A stretch of DNA of 63,787 nt, counting the filler, from Lenisia limosa (taxonomy: Eukaryota > Protista > Breviatea), in assembly GCA_001655205.1 (NCBI GenBank). It is 11 parts of 11 records of this genome, joined end to end, with 100 filler letters (N's around TTAATTAATTAA, not from the genome) between each part and the next. Parts side by side here need not be neighbours in the genome. Positions count along the whole stretch, not along the records: positions 33,108 to 41,839 come from LPNZ01004535.1; positions 41,940 to 43,989 come from LPNZ01005539.1; positions 44,090 to 55,999 come from LPNZ01010943.1; 8 more parts are not named here. One strand, written 5' to 3'. Of the stretch, positions 35,242 through 48,709 are shown one piece after another. Below the pieces are notes generated by a model. It was not told the origin of the DNA. It saw only the letters and a list, made by a program, of their open reading frames with translations, and did no database searches. Made by a program: the position numbers and the translations under genes. The first letter of the stretch is position 1. Every line of letters starts with the position of its first letter.

Positions 35242-38200
35242 TTATAACACTGGGTTGAAGTGGATGGCGAAAGCGATGACCTTGGCGTCAAGGTCCTTAA
35301 TGTGGGCATAGCGACCTGTTGTACCGAAGTGGCCTTGAGAGGAGTCGATCTTGAAGACGACTGGGCCTGGGGGGGGGGGGGNNNNNNNNNNNNNNNNNNN
35401 NNNNNNNNNNNNNNNNNNNNNNNNNNNNNNNNNNNNNNNNNNNNNNNNNNNNNNNNNNNNNNNNNNNNNNNNNNNNNNNNNNNNNNNNNNNNNNNNNNNN
35501 NNNNNNNNNNNNNNNNNNNNNNNNNNNNNNNNNNNNNAGGATGGGTGGTGGTGGGTGGGGGTAATGGTCCAACTTAAAATCTCAATAGTTGTTCAGAGTA
35601 GTCATCAAATAATGACCAATACAGTCCAACTTACCAGTTAACTGGCCGTCTCTTCGAATTTTATTGGACCATTTCAGGCCTTCAGAGTAGTTAACTCTTT
35701 GGTCACTCAGGCCTGCCCACGCAAAAATGGCTGGGTACCTCTATGAGCGTCATTTTAGAGAGCAACAGTAGTAGCTATAATTCAAACACATTTCAAAATA
35801 ATACAATATATTATGACACGGATAATAAGGTTTTCATTTTTAATCAGTTGTGTGGTGAATTATCAAGGTCACTTTATGTATCAGTAAAAAAAGCCCACGA
35901 ACCTGATTTTTAACGTTATCAACCGGGGAGTATTGCATCATGTAGTCGTAGTCTTCAGCGACACCATGGCAGTTGCCCCATTCCTGGTCGGGATAAAATA
36001 AACGAAAAAACTTGACCAACCTTGAATTCGCCACTAGCGAGGGGAATAGCAGGATTCATAGCAGTGATCACATCAACAAACGGAACTCCTGACGAGTCAC
36101 CACAAGAAAATTGTTGTTAGAATGCTATCCCTTAGGTGTGGGGGNNNNNNNNNNNNNNNNNNNNNNNNNNNNNNNNNNNNNNNNNNNNNNNNNNNNNNNN
36201 NNNNNNNNNNNNNNNNNNNNNNNNNNNNNNNNNNNNNNNNNNNNNNNNNNNNNNNNNNNNNNNNNNNNNNNNNNNNNNNGGTTGAGAACAACAAAACAAA
36301 CAAAGACCAGGACAGTCGCTTCTGTAGCACCGCATCATTTGGGGTGGTGGTGATGGTATTATTAATTATTAAGAAAGTGATTAAGAAAATAAAGTCTTCA
36401 AAACGATCCATAAGCTCACCAACAAGCGCACATGAGAACATTTCGGGAGCAAGGTTGAGAACACCCCCCATCAACATGCCACCAGCGCTACGGCCCTGAC
36501 GGTGAGGAAAGGACAATAATAATANNNNNNNNNNNNNNNNNNNNNNNNNNNNNNNNNNNNNNNNNNNNNNNNNNNNNNNNNNNNNNNNNNNNNNNNNNNN
36601 NNNNNNNNAAACACTTGTGTACTGCCAAAGTCGCATTTATTTTTGCGATATGAAAAAAATACTACTTAGATAACAAAAGCTCTTCCCAAACCAGCAAAAA
36701 ATTTGAACAGTAATACCAACATAATTAAGAAAGCCATGATTGAGTAGATTTTAGAGGCCAGCAGAACTTGCTTCTGTTCAAGCTTCTCCTGTGCTTACTG
36801 TTTCAGGGTGTTCTTTTCCGCACCACACAGATCACTATCGCTTTTAAAAATCGAAAAGCCAAAAAATGCCAAAACTCTTGTGTTTCGTTTTGGTGTGCCG
36901 TGTAGTTATGCGTCTCCAATGAAAAATCTGCGTTATAACCAACCAATCATTCTGACATCTGCTTAAATAAATTTATACCTTGATCTACAATATAGATATA
37001 GTAGATAGCAGTTGCTGGACATCTCAACTTCGCCTCAAAAAGTAAAGCCCGTAGTATTGTCTGGCCAAAAGACGGTGAGCGATGAAGCTGCTATTCTCGA
37101 GGAGTACGGTATAATACCCCAGCTCTCTAGTAGGCTTATTTGGTAACAAGAGTTGAGATTGGTTGATGATTGAACTGTATTTTGTTTCTCGATTAAGGTA
37201 TTATGATTTGTTTTTGTTCTTCAGAGACTTCTAATGAACATACTACACAATCTTTAGATCACAACATGGCTGAATTCACTCACCCTGACTCATCGTTCTC
37301 TGCACTACAGACAATTTCCAAAGATATTGGACAGAGGGGAGGCTGTTGTTCATTTCAACTTTGTGATTTCACCACAAAACAACAAAAAAAGAAAGAAAAA
37401 AGGGGGGGCGGGGGGCGGAATTGTAAGAAAATTATGATGCAATTCATAGGATTTAATGCCAACATCATGTCACAACCTTTATATTCACCCACTCCCCTCC
37501 CGTTTCTTCTCGGATGAATCAAGAGGCAGAGATGCCATACTATGCATTAATTTTACGGTCTGATTGTGTGGAGGGGGAAAGCCCAGCCTCACCTCTGTGG
37601 AAATGTGTTTAGCTACAGCGAGGCCAGAATCGATAAGATGCTGTCCGCATGTAATGAAGTCTGTGAAGGTGTTCATTTTGCGGTTCAACTTGCCGTCAAG
37701 ATACCTACAGGATGAGTGATAAACACCACTAAGGGATTCTTTTCGGTCCCAAAAAAGACGGTATTTCTCGACAAACACTCGTAAACTATCGATATTTTGC
37801 CGTATTTTTTTGGACAACATTATAATAGTAATATTAATAAAAAAAATAACACACACAACCCTTCTAAATACAGTTCAAATCAAGGTACACCACATACCAG
37901 TTATATCCCATTTCGCCACCACCACGGATGTGAGCAATGGCGTAAACGATATCGCGTGACACGTAGGGGAGGCGTCTCGATGAGAACTCGGGGTTAATGC
38001 AGATTCCGTATGAACCATAACCGTACAAGTGGACACGGTGCTGGCAACCATTAATAATCGTGGAAATGGCTTGAAAGAATGATTTAGAAAACTTATACCA
38101 AAACTCTTTGTGCAGTTGAAAAAAAAACAGTCAGTTTTTGGAGATTGCAGAGAAATGCTGAATAAATGGGGGCACCATATTTGCTCAACAAAAATGGAAG

Positions 38201-41200
38201 GCAATTAATCGGAAATACAGATGCAGCATCATCCCCCCTCACTGCTTCGGTCAAGTCAGTGCCTGCCTTGTAGAGGAGGGAAATGGGGATCTAAAAGTTG
38301 GTTAATCTCCGAAAACAAAAAGCAATGATACCTCTATTCAGATGATGAAATATTGTACCCTCGTAAATCTGGTGATTGTAAATGACACACAGATAAAATT
38401 ACAATAGTTGTCGGTCTTATATATTGATGATTTCACTTCGATAGATGATACATTGAATATTAGCCCGATCTTAACATATAGTAGCTTTAACAAATAGTAA
38501 AAATAATAACGCGCACTATTGGACAAAGTCTACCACAATCAAAAAATCATCCACATTAACATTAAGAAACTATTAAAATATAATATTATTCTTAAGGACT
38601 CGCTCCAAGCAAACCTTCGTTCCATCTTTGGCGGTGGCATGCATGCTGGAGGTCTCATATTGTGAAGGGTCATAATTTGGTACGTCTGGTCCCTAAATAG
38701 CTATTAGGATATCACAGATTAAGAGCTAATTGAATACAATTATTACTCCGTCATATACTAACTTGATTCTTCGTCAGTAAGTCATGATCTAATATTCAGA
38801 AAGAGGCAATATCAAAAGACTGCGAAAAATTGATTTGAGAAGAAATTTAAGAACATTTCTTGAAGTAATTAATTGAACAGCTTTCGATATGACCATTGTT
38901 ACCTTGGCAAGAACTGCTTCGCCGCTTTCGAGGAAGTAGTCTATGAATGTCCGAGGGTCCTTGAGGGTAGACCAGAGAACTCGAATGTACGTCTAGTGAA
39001 ATGAACATAGTTCTTACTTGACAGAAAATACAATATATGGATTGTAAAGACTTGTTCAACATTTTGCCATTTGTTATAATGAAGATTTTGGGCTTAGAGT
39101 GATCATCAAATAATATATACAAAGAGTTACATCATATTAAGGTTCTGAGCTTTGAACCCATGACCCCCTTCCCCAAGGAGCTGTCTTGTATATGATATTT
39201 ATGATATGATATACTATATACAGAAATAACTATTTGGCTCACCTGTCGGTGGGAGTGAACAGCTCCAGTTTCTACTGTCACCGGGCAATCATCACGAACA
39301 CCAGAAATTCTACAGTGGGAGTAAAACGAAGGTACTAATCACGAATGAAATAATCTAAATGGGGGTGTAAATATGGAAAAGTTACATAGGAGATGTGATA
39401 CTCTTGTAGCAAATCACAGACGTCATAGGAGTTTTTAAAAACAAAACATCTCCACAAAGTGTATGATGAATATCCCAGAGAAAATCAGCAAGATGGGAAT
39501 TCAATAATCGATCGAAAAAAGAGCACGGAAATAATAATGTGACAGACTATAACGAATCAAGTGTAGCAAATTAGGGTTATTGAAAGTCTAGAGGACTAAG
39601 GGGCCGTTCGGGTACACGATTTCACGTAAATTCACCAACGGTCTATTTTGGAATATAATAATCTTATGGGAGTCTGCTAAATTTATCTCAGCAATTTTAT
39701 ACAATAATTGTTCTGGGGTGGACAGATGAATAATTTTGAGTTTAATCGTTTAAAGTAAGATTATAGCTGGATTCCTTGAGAGGCAGAGTAATGTCTCTGT
39801 TTTACACCACAAGGTAAAATCATCATCTAAATTAATGGAATTTAGCACTTTCTATGGGTGGTTTTAGACTTGAAAACTATACGATTTGAAAAATATTGTT
39901 TTCGCAATTTAAGCAGAATCTCGCTTATAAGTTGACATATTTTTGTACAAAGCGGTTCTTAAAATGGACCAACAGTTTAAGTGTACCCGAACGGCCCTCA
40001 GTGAAAAAAAATTTACTTTGGAGTACAAGAAAATATACATTTGTATAGAAGAGAAAAAAAAAAGGGATGAATATTATAGAGAAGTAATAAAAATTAACAA
40101 GAACAAAATATAATTGTGGTACGCTATTAGGGCAAAGTACAGGTAGCTAAAGATGATAGCATCAGCGCTCTTTCAAGAGAAAAATATTTGGTCCAAAAAC
40201 CCCCCAGTTAAATTTTGATTGATGATGTACCGAGAAATTCAGTCATATTTTGGCCCAAGGTGAACGCTTACGAAATAGGAGTGAGTGCCTTATTGCTTTC
40301 ATAAGGTGTTGTGAAGACCTAAATACAGGGTGAAAACGGAGAATATTATGAAAATATTGGATATCATTGCAGTCCTTGCAAAAACATAACAACATGTATT
40401 TATTTCTACAATTTGGATTATAAATTGTTAATGAAAATACACCTTCTTGGGCAGCAAGAAGTGACACAAAAATAAAAACAAAAAACACAGGAGTATAAAA
40501 TGAAAAAAGCTTGAGGAAACATGTAAGTAGTGTCATAGATTCCCCCCCCCCCCNNNNNNNNNNNNNNNNNNNNNNNNNNNNNNNNNNNNNNNNNNNNNNN
40601 NNNNNNNNNNNNNNNNNNNNNNNNNNNNNNNNNNNCCTTGCTTCAACCACCAAATGAGACGCCATGCACGTCAGATCCGAAATGCATGTTTTCTGAATAG
40701 TTAGCAAAATGGCTCTTTGTTTATGGTATCTAAGCAAAACAGTTACCTTTTCTTCGGAATTTCCCCAATATCAGTTCAGTTAGCTTTTCTGATTGCTTTT
40801 GAAAAAAAGTCGTCAAACTTTCGTTAACACATTTCCAATCCCAGACAGATCAGCCCACTTCATCATAGGGTAGGAATGGTGACGCCCCCTCCAAGGGGTT
40901 GGTAGAGCCAAGAGCACTTTCCGGAACACACATGATCTGGGAGATCAGGGAAATTAACAAAATATATCAAAAAGCTCTTGATTATTTAGAACAAGAATAA
41001 TATGATATAGTAGTAATATAATAATACTATGTTATATATATTTATACTATATGTAGCTACATGTGTGTATATACTACGATATGAAATATTCAGTTTTTAT
41101 TTTATCTCAACGATAGTTATCAAGTGTTGGGAAGCGGAAAAAGGGTTAATCAAGGTAACAACACACCTGATGTTATGGGTCATATAGAATCTACTTAATT

Positions 41201-41839
41201 GGAATTATTTTTCAATGTATTCCGATTCAGATTGAATAATAAAATTGAAACATTCCGAAAGGAAGTCGGATTGTGATACCAAGGCCCCCATACCTTGAAG
41301 TTGACACAGCCATCAGGATTATGAGCAATGTAGAAGCAATCTCCGTGATGCTGGAAAAGTAAAGGCCTTTCAGTTGGAGCGTACACTTAAATGATAATAT
41401 TCGTACACATTTCCACGTAAAAAGAATACAAATCATACACCCCCACATCAATGGCATGGATATTGACTTCGGCTAGCTTCGGATGGAGCAACTGGAGGTC
41501 AGCAGCTTTCGGAGCCTCAGATAAACGCACACAATGAGCTGACGCTTCAGCCTGAAGGGTAAGTGCGCGTTTAAATGAAATATTGATGAATGACTTGGGT
41601 TTTTGATACATCACGTGCGTTTTATGAAAACATGATTTCGGACTTGCATTATTATATGATATAAAAACAATAAGGTTGTACCTAGCCGAAGCCGCTAAAT
41701 TTCTTGATCTCAATAATACCACCCACCCACTGCGCCATGGCTCAAAATCACAAGGTGGGTGTCGTCAGTGGTGGCGGCCACGCCAATGTCGTATTCCTCG
41801 TCTGTTTCCTCGGCAATCATTTCTTCTGTGAATGCAGCA
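35242..41839 (-). CDS. Oligopeptidase B (S9A prolyl oligopeptidase family), 5'-truncated by contig end, about 15 exons
   Basis: Exons: HHGDCFYIAHNPDGCVNFK; VPNYDPSQYET...HATAKDGTK|IPISLLYK; LYGYGSYG...AIAHIRGGGEMGYNW|YLDGKLNRKMNTFTDFITCGQHLI; GRSAGG (36420-36495); VPFVDV; GLSDQRV; QGHFG; TAA at 35242-35244. Ser/Asp/His triad intact. Confidence 0.95.
39601..39997. mobile_element. 397-bp non-autonomous TIR element in an oligopeptidase B intron
   Basis: Perfect 17-bp TIRs GGGCCGTTCGGGTACAC (39601-39617) and GTGTACCCGAACGGCCC (39981-39997); AT-rich non-coding interior. Confidence 0.85.
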
Positions 41840-41939
41840 NNNNNNNNNNNNNNNNNNNNNNNNNNNNNNNNNNNNNNNNNNNNTTAATTAATTAANNNNN
41901 NNNNNNNNNNNNNNNNNNNNNNNNNNNNNNNNNNNNNNN

Positions 41940-43897
41940 GAGCTCTCCCGCGAGGAAATAGCAAAACTCGAAGAAACTAGCAGAGAAGTGAGCCAGCTGC
42001 ATTTGTTCTTGGCAAAAGGATTTTTTGAGACTTGATCTTCATAAATAAGCATCCCCATTGTTCTACATTGATTCTTAAAAATAAATAGTTAGATCACTTC
42101 GGTTCGAAATAAAACTGAATTCCTCGATAACTCCTCGAAAACTGTTGATATTTTACCTGTCTTGTTCGAACCGAAGTGAAACCTCATAATATGTACAATT
42201 GCCCATTGAAGGCGCAATAACCTCACCATTCCAGACCGAAAAGATCCTCGCAGAAGTCAGCCGAACGCAAGACATTATTTCACACTCTGCCCAATCTCTC
42301 AATTTCGATACTTTGGAAGGTTAAGGGGGGTTGTAACACGAAGAGGATCGCGGCAGTTCTTCTGAGCATCTAAATATTATTAGTTCTTATTTCACTGTTA
42401 CCAGAGGACCTCGAGACATTTGCGCAGGATCCCAATGTGGCTGAAGCACTCAAAAAGGTGGGCTATGCTACGGGCTATTTGGGGCTTTTGGTTTATGGAA
42501 GACCAGTAAAAGGTAATATTTATTGATGAGGATAAAGTCGGAATCAGGATTATGTTGTGTGAAGGACGGGGGTACAAGATATCACCTATTTCGTCTAAGT
42601 AAATGAAATAAACCAAAGTTAATTTGACAGGGTGTAAAAGTTCATGTTAAATCCTTCTAGTAATATCTGCGTTTGGCTGGTTTTTCTTCCCACTATTTAG
42701 GGCGTGCCTTTGAAGAACTATGCTCCAACCAAGGCCAAAATGCACACTGTAACCAAGGAGCATGTTTTAGACTGTATGTAGGGGAGCATGTTTTAGGGGA
42801 TGAAGTACTGTTTTATTAATCGTTTGTTAAGCTACTTTGTTGATTGGTTTGTATTCGTGAAAATCCCATTTCACCACAACTGGAAATTTTGTCTTATTTC
42901 ATAGATGTCAAAGAGGCTGAAAACATCATGTCCATGCACTCTGAGGTTCAAGAATGCCTTTCTATTGTCGATGGGGTGGAGTCCACTGTCACTTTGTGAG
43001 CAGGATTGTTGGTTTATAGGATCACCCAACATTCTGGGCATGTTCTACACGTACGTACAGTGCCCCAGATATTCATTGGAGTTTTTTTTAACAACTTTTC
43101 GCAATTCCAACCGTTTCCAGTACCATTTTCAATCCCAAAGCCCTTGGCTAATTGAAAACAAGACGGATTTTCTCGATAATCATTTTTCTGTACAGTTAGC
43201 TTTTGATTCTACAGTATAAATCTGAAGTATAAATTGAATATTTTTTTCAACACTACCCGGTAAATATTTATGAGTCTCTTTGGGTTCTTTTGATGCCGCT
43301 TTGGTTACGTTTGCATAGGTTCCAAGAGCAGTTGATGGCACTCTCAAACCAGATTTTAACCCTCGAGACTCAATCAATCGATTTAACCAAGAAGGTCGGT
43401 TCGGTCTTTTTACTGTTCGATGGGGTTTTTTTAAGGGTTGTTTGAGGAGGTAGGCGTGCACCACTCCCCACCAGCAGATGGAGAAATTGGGGGTTTGACT
43501 ACGCAACCATAGTGTTATATTTGGGAAAACTATTTCCTGTGAGGCTATACAGTGACCGGGGTAAGTCTTTGCCGATTTGCTCTGTGAATTTCCAAGGGAA
43601 ATCAGTCAAGACTTATTCCGGTCACTATATTATATTATATAGTATAATCACTTCTGCCGCTTAGGGCGCTCTATTATTTCTCATTTGTATTCATACTTAT
43701 ATTATGACTGTTAGTGTTGTAATAGCATGAATGAGGCAATTCGCAACATATGAGTGAAATTGATACGTTCATACTGAGCTTTTTTCATTTCTCCAAATTC
43801 ATCTTTTTACCTTTCAGCTGAAGAACCGAAGGGAAGCAAAATCCACACTTTCGTCGTTTGTCAAAGAAGCAGCGATCTCTGAAGATCTCATATTGTG
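41940..43897 (+). CDS. VPS52: GARP complex subunit VPS52, N-terminal part
   Basis: Exons EDLETFAQDPNVAEALKK|GVPLKNY...VKEAENIMSMHSEVQECLSIVDGVESTVTL|FQEQLMALSNQILTLETQSIDLTKK|LKNRREAKSTLSSFV follow the Vps52 N-terminal pattern. Confidence 0.85.
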
Positions 43898-44479
43898 GGG
43901 AAGGGCAAATTGAGTTTTATTATTTTCCATTTCTACATTGCAGTACATAATATATTACTATGTGTATAAATTATATGAAAGGTATTTATNNNNNNNNNNN
44001 NNNNNNNNNNNNNNNNNNNNNNNNNNNNNNNNNTTAATTAATTAANNNNNNNNNNNNNNNNNNNNNNNNNNNNNNNNNNNNNNNNNNNNGGCAAAGATTC
44101 AGCTAAGCTGCTACCAATCGTGGCCAAATCTTGATGACTTTTGCCATATGCAAATGACCAGATATTTGCACATTACACCCCCAACGTTCCTTGATCTTGG
44201 TCTTTGGACAACGACCTTCCTGGGTCCTATCACACCTTAGAGCCCAACCATATCGTATCTCCATAACATAGCAGCGATAGTGCCCAATAAAAATGGGATG
44301 TTTAAGTAGGGAACAAACCAAATTTAATGTAACCAATTTTTGGGTCGTCGAGAACCAACCTACGACCCTTTCGGTCGTTACGTCACCGGTCGTTACTTTC
44401 AGATTGCACCACTTCCAGGTTACTTTACTCAAAACTTTACATAACGTTCATTGCCTTAGACTACCTGGTATTTATCAAC

Positions 44480-46160
44480 GCCTTGACCTTCTGTTGGCCC
44501 GGGTCGAAAAATAGCAAAAAAATGCCATTTTTACTATTTTAAAGCCGGTGTACCTCCTAGGTTTATTTTTTTAAAAAGTATTATATCAGAAATCGAATCA
44601 GACGACCTGAAAACCCCTAAAACCGAATTTAAATGTCGAAAAAACTAACTTTTTTTAGAATAGAAAAGGTCGCAGCTATCGACCTTCGCCTTGGTGACGC
44701 TAAGTCGAGTCAGGGAAGGTGCCTGAGACACCCCCCCCCCTTCGTTCTCCACGCTATCTCTACCATTTTTAACAAAATTTGTATCATTTTCCTCCCCCGA
44801 CCCTCAGCTCTTAGTTTCTAAATTTTATTTTTTGCTAATTTTAGTCGCCGGTGTATCCCCTTGGTTTATTTTTTAAAAAATTACATATCAGAAATCTATC
44901 AGACACCTTTAAAACCCAAAAAACCGATTTTTGATGTTGAATAACAAAGGTCGCTGCTGTCGACCTGAGAAAACCACCTGTTCCCGGCAAACCTTGGCCT
45001 GAATGTTTTTTCGAGAAAACATCTTACCAATGACCAGTAAATCAAGAAATGGTCAAAATTGTCAAAACTGCAGAAATCACTTACAATGTTGGTAGCCTGG
45101 CTACGGCACCACTAAAGGCATCCGTTGGCACCATACCGGCTCCTATTAGACAGAACCCATGTGGATTACTAGCATAGGGTGAATTATGGGATTTTCGAAA
45201 GATTTTTCGAGAAAACATGGTACCAATGACAAGTAAATCAAGAAATGGTCAAAATCGTGAATCACTGAATTATTTAGGGTATCCAAAAATTCACCTATTA
45301 TTGATAAACCCCTCAGGTCGCTTCTAGTAAAAACCTGTCTTGCCCACACGCATCTCTTAAGTGGTAACTCAGTCTGACGACCAAGATTAAGTCCCTGTTT
45401 GGCGTTGGCCCTACATTTTTGTTTTTCAATTATTATGTAAATTGATATCTCATATACTTCCTCTGTCTTAAGTAATTAGAAAACCACCAATTCAAAATAA
45501 AGTCTTTAGTTACCTGCAAAGAACCGGTGTAGATATTTAAATATTTTTTGAACCAGCCTCAAGTAAAGATATACAAGTTCGGGTGATTGTCCAGGTTTCC
45601 AGTTTTTTGTTTTGTGTAACCCCAGGTAAATATTATTACCACCCCCTTCCAAGAAGTTTACCTGTGTTTTCTCGCACTATTTTTATTGAATCCTGGTTAG
45701 TCCTAATAGATTTGTTATATTTATTGATATTGAGAAGCTAGACAGCGTTGGATTACGGATTCGCGTAATTTTTCATTTTCAGTTTTTTTTTGAAATTTCA
45801 AAAGTAAGCTTGCTCTTTTGTTAATTACAGTATGTTAAGGTAAACTATTGTTGTTACAACCCAATTTGAACCAAGTTATGTTGGGTTAATTTTTTTTTTT
45901 CACCTTTTTACATTGTTTGATCAGTTGTTGTCTTCAAAAGACTACATTAAATTGCTTTAGGTTTGATTAAGTAATTAACTATTTTTTTGTTTTTTGTTGT
46001 GCCTTCAATTTAAAAGCTTGCTCCTTTGTTAATTTCCGTGTATTAAAGTAAAAAATTGTTGTTACAACCCAGTTTGAACCAGGTTATGTTGAGTAAATTT
46101 TTTTTTCACTTTTGTTGTTTGATCAGCTGTTGTCTTCAAAAGTCTACATAAATTGTTTCA
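44480..46160. repeat. Degenerate tandem duplications (~300 bp at 44500-44960; ~210 bp at 45800-46160)
   Basis: Paired segments GCCGGTGTA...ATATCAGAAATC...AAGGTCGC and GTTGTTACAACCCA...TTGTCTTCAAAAG each occur twice. Confidence 0.8.
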
Positions 46161-46310
46161 ATGCTGTTAAATTAAATAGGTAACTATTTTTTGTTGTGCT
46201 TCTTTTGTTATGAACAAAACCCTTTTTTTTTTTTCCCTTATTTTAGGCCTCTGCTTTTGCCTTTTAGTTGCCTTGAATTAATTTGGAAATGTTGCCCTTT
46301 TGATTTTCAG

Positions 46311-47058
46311 ACAATAATATTACATATAAAAAGCTCTCTTATAGTGATGGATGTTTTCTTTAATTGAAAGAACTTTCAACCCATCTTTTGGGGACACTAA
46401 GTTGCAGTTGACACCAAATGGCTCTATTATTTGAGTTTCGAAGAAAAGCTGAATTCAAACCCTGACTTTTGAAGTTCAAGTTGCTGTGAAAAAGTATTCA
46501 GCTCAGAAAGGAATGAACAATAATAAACAATTCAACGAGGTAATATGCGGGTTTCTTTTCATCTAATTGATGACCGTTACTCTTGATAGGTTGTCTTTCA
46601 TTTTGGTTTTAATTTACGACCAAAAGTCGAAAATTTTGAGTGCTTTGAAGGCAACCCAGAAACTGTGATATTTCAGTATTCTCGTAAGTTGTTCTTTCTT
46701 CTTTCTTTAATCTTTCTCCAGCTTTTTTGAAGAATGGAGATGCAATGATCCAGCTGGTTCTCTTATTTTTTATTTTTTAAAATCAATTGCAAAAATGTGT
46801 AAGTAGTTAATGGAGCAGTCCAAAGATGGCACTTCTAAACCTGGAGACCATTACGCAACATATAGAAAATATGGTAGTGTTGGCTGTGCGTAGTCACAAT
46901 TATCTTTAATTCCTCAAATGTTATGATTAAAACCCAAAAATGGGCATTGTCAACATCTTAATACTGGAAAGAGGTAAATTTTTCCTCTCCCTAAGACTTC
47001 ACCAGGTTCTTCCCTTCTTTTGAGATGGGGAAGTTTAGCTTGGTGTTCTTCTTCTGCA
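46311..47058 (+). pseudogene. Decayed intron-containing kinase-like gene
   Basis: FEVQVAVKKYSAQKG (VAVK at 46480-46491), then exon-like ...IFQYS|FLKNGDAMIQL; several stops and frameshifts. Confidence 0.4.
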
Positions 47059-47169
47059 TTAGTTAATATTATTTCCTAAAAAAAAAAAAAAAAAGATGAA
47101 ATAGGTGAGTTATTTCTACCATGAAACCTCCAAATCATTAAAAAGATACGAAAAGTCACTGAATCACAA

Positions 47170-48480
47170 TACCTTCTAAGAGCCCCAGCAAAAATTGCCC
47201 TTGGTGACGCAGATGGTGACTAACATAAATAACGATTTGAGGGTGTTTTGGAGGATTTTTGACCAATTTCCCCAATTCCCCTCAAATTCAGGAATTTGGT
47301 ACCCTGTTATTTTTGAATCATTTAAGAGATCCAAGAATTCAATCCATTGGAATACCTACCATTTGTCCGTTCAAGTAAAAACCGCACTTGCAGTTTGACA
47401 TCCCTCAGGTAGTGAAGCATCCTGGTGATCAACATAAATATTGGACTCCCGCTTTAAGTGGTGACAGCNNNNNNNNNNNNNNNNNNNNNNNNNNNNNNNN
47501 NNNNNNNNNNNNNNNNNNNNNNNNNNNNNNNNNNNNNNNNNNNNNNNNNNNNNNNNNNNNNNNNNNNNNNNNNNNNNNNNNNNNNNNNNNNNNNNNNNNN
47601 NNNNNNNNNNNNNNNNNNNNNNNNNNNNNNNNNNNNNNNNNNNNNNNNNNNNNNNNNNNNNNNNNNNNNNNNNNNNNNNNNNNNNNNNNNNNNNNNNNNN
47701 NNNNNNNNNNNNNNNGGTAGTTTTTGGAATTGTTGACTGCTTTCACCATTTCCCAAAACTTCAGGTATTTATAACCTGTATCTCCGAATTATTTAGGGAT
47801 CCAAAAATCACTTTTTCTTGGTATAAACCTAAGATATCCTCTAGTAATAACAGGACTTGCTTAAAGGCATCCTTAAGTGGTGACACAACCTTGTGACCAA
47901 AAACATAACAGTGATTTTGTGGAATTTTTGAACAATTTACTCATTCCCTCAGTTGATACCTTGTTATCTCTAAATTATTTATGATATTCAATAATTGGCT
48001 CAACCTTACAAAAAATTTCATCTGGTAAAAACCGGCCTTGACCAAATGCATCCATTAAGTGGTGACGCAGGCTAATGAAGATAATAAATAGCAATTTTAG
48101 AGATTTGTTGGGATTGTTGAACATTTATAAATTTAGCCATAATCTCAGCTATTTTGAAACCTTGTTAGCTCTGTATCATTTGGGGTATCCCAAAATTCAC
48201 TCAATCACGGTACCGACTAATTCACTCCTCTGGAAAAATCTGGCCTTGACAAAACTAATCCCTCAAGTGGCTAGTGACCAACATTAATTACCAGTTTCTT
48301 TTTGAGCTTTTATCCCATTTCCCCCAAACTTCAACTTTTTTGGTACGCTAAAATTTACTTTTTCTTGGTGGACAACTAAGATCTCCTCTAGTAAAAGCTG
48401 GTCTTGTGCGAACCCAACCCTTAAAGCGGGAGTCTAATTCATGGTGATTTTAAGGAATTCTCTTCCAACCCCATCTAAGT
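47170..48480. repeat. Degenerate ~190-bp tandem array (related unit at 45150-45380)
   Basis: TTAAGTGGTGAC and ATTATTTAGGG(T)ATCCAAAAAT motifs recur at about 180-210 bp spacing. Confidence 0.7.
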
Positions 48481-48709
48481 TTATTAATCAAGAATCTTGT
48501 CACATGTCAGAACACTTTGATCCGGATTTTTACTGAGATCTCAAAACTAGTTCACTTCATAATTTCCCCGATTTTCCTACACTTAATTATCATTATTTCC
48601 TTTAGCATTGATTTAGAAACAAAGAAGAAAATTGTTGTCTAAAACTGTCTACCTCAGGCCCTAAATCGTACTAGGTTATAAAAATTAATTGAACTCTCGC
48701 TGTAGGTCG

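Noticed and set aside
37500-37715. Apparent + strand exons ending VQLAVKIPTG*
   Set aside because: Antisense of the oligopeptidase B exon KMNTFTDFITC.
41430-41540. Crinkler/P-loop-like reading KLLTSS...SMPLMW
   Set aside because: Contains a stop; the alternative frame splices cleanly into oligopeptidase B.
44103-44432. 109-aa ORF with W..C...C pattern reminiscent of a transposase zinc finger
   Set aside because: Non-ATG start, no His ligands in correct spacing, no further support.
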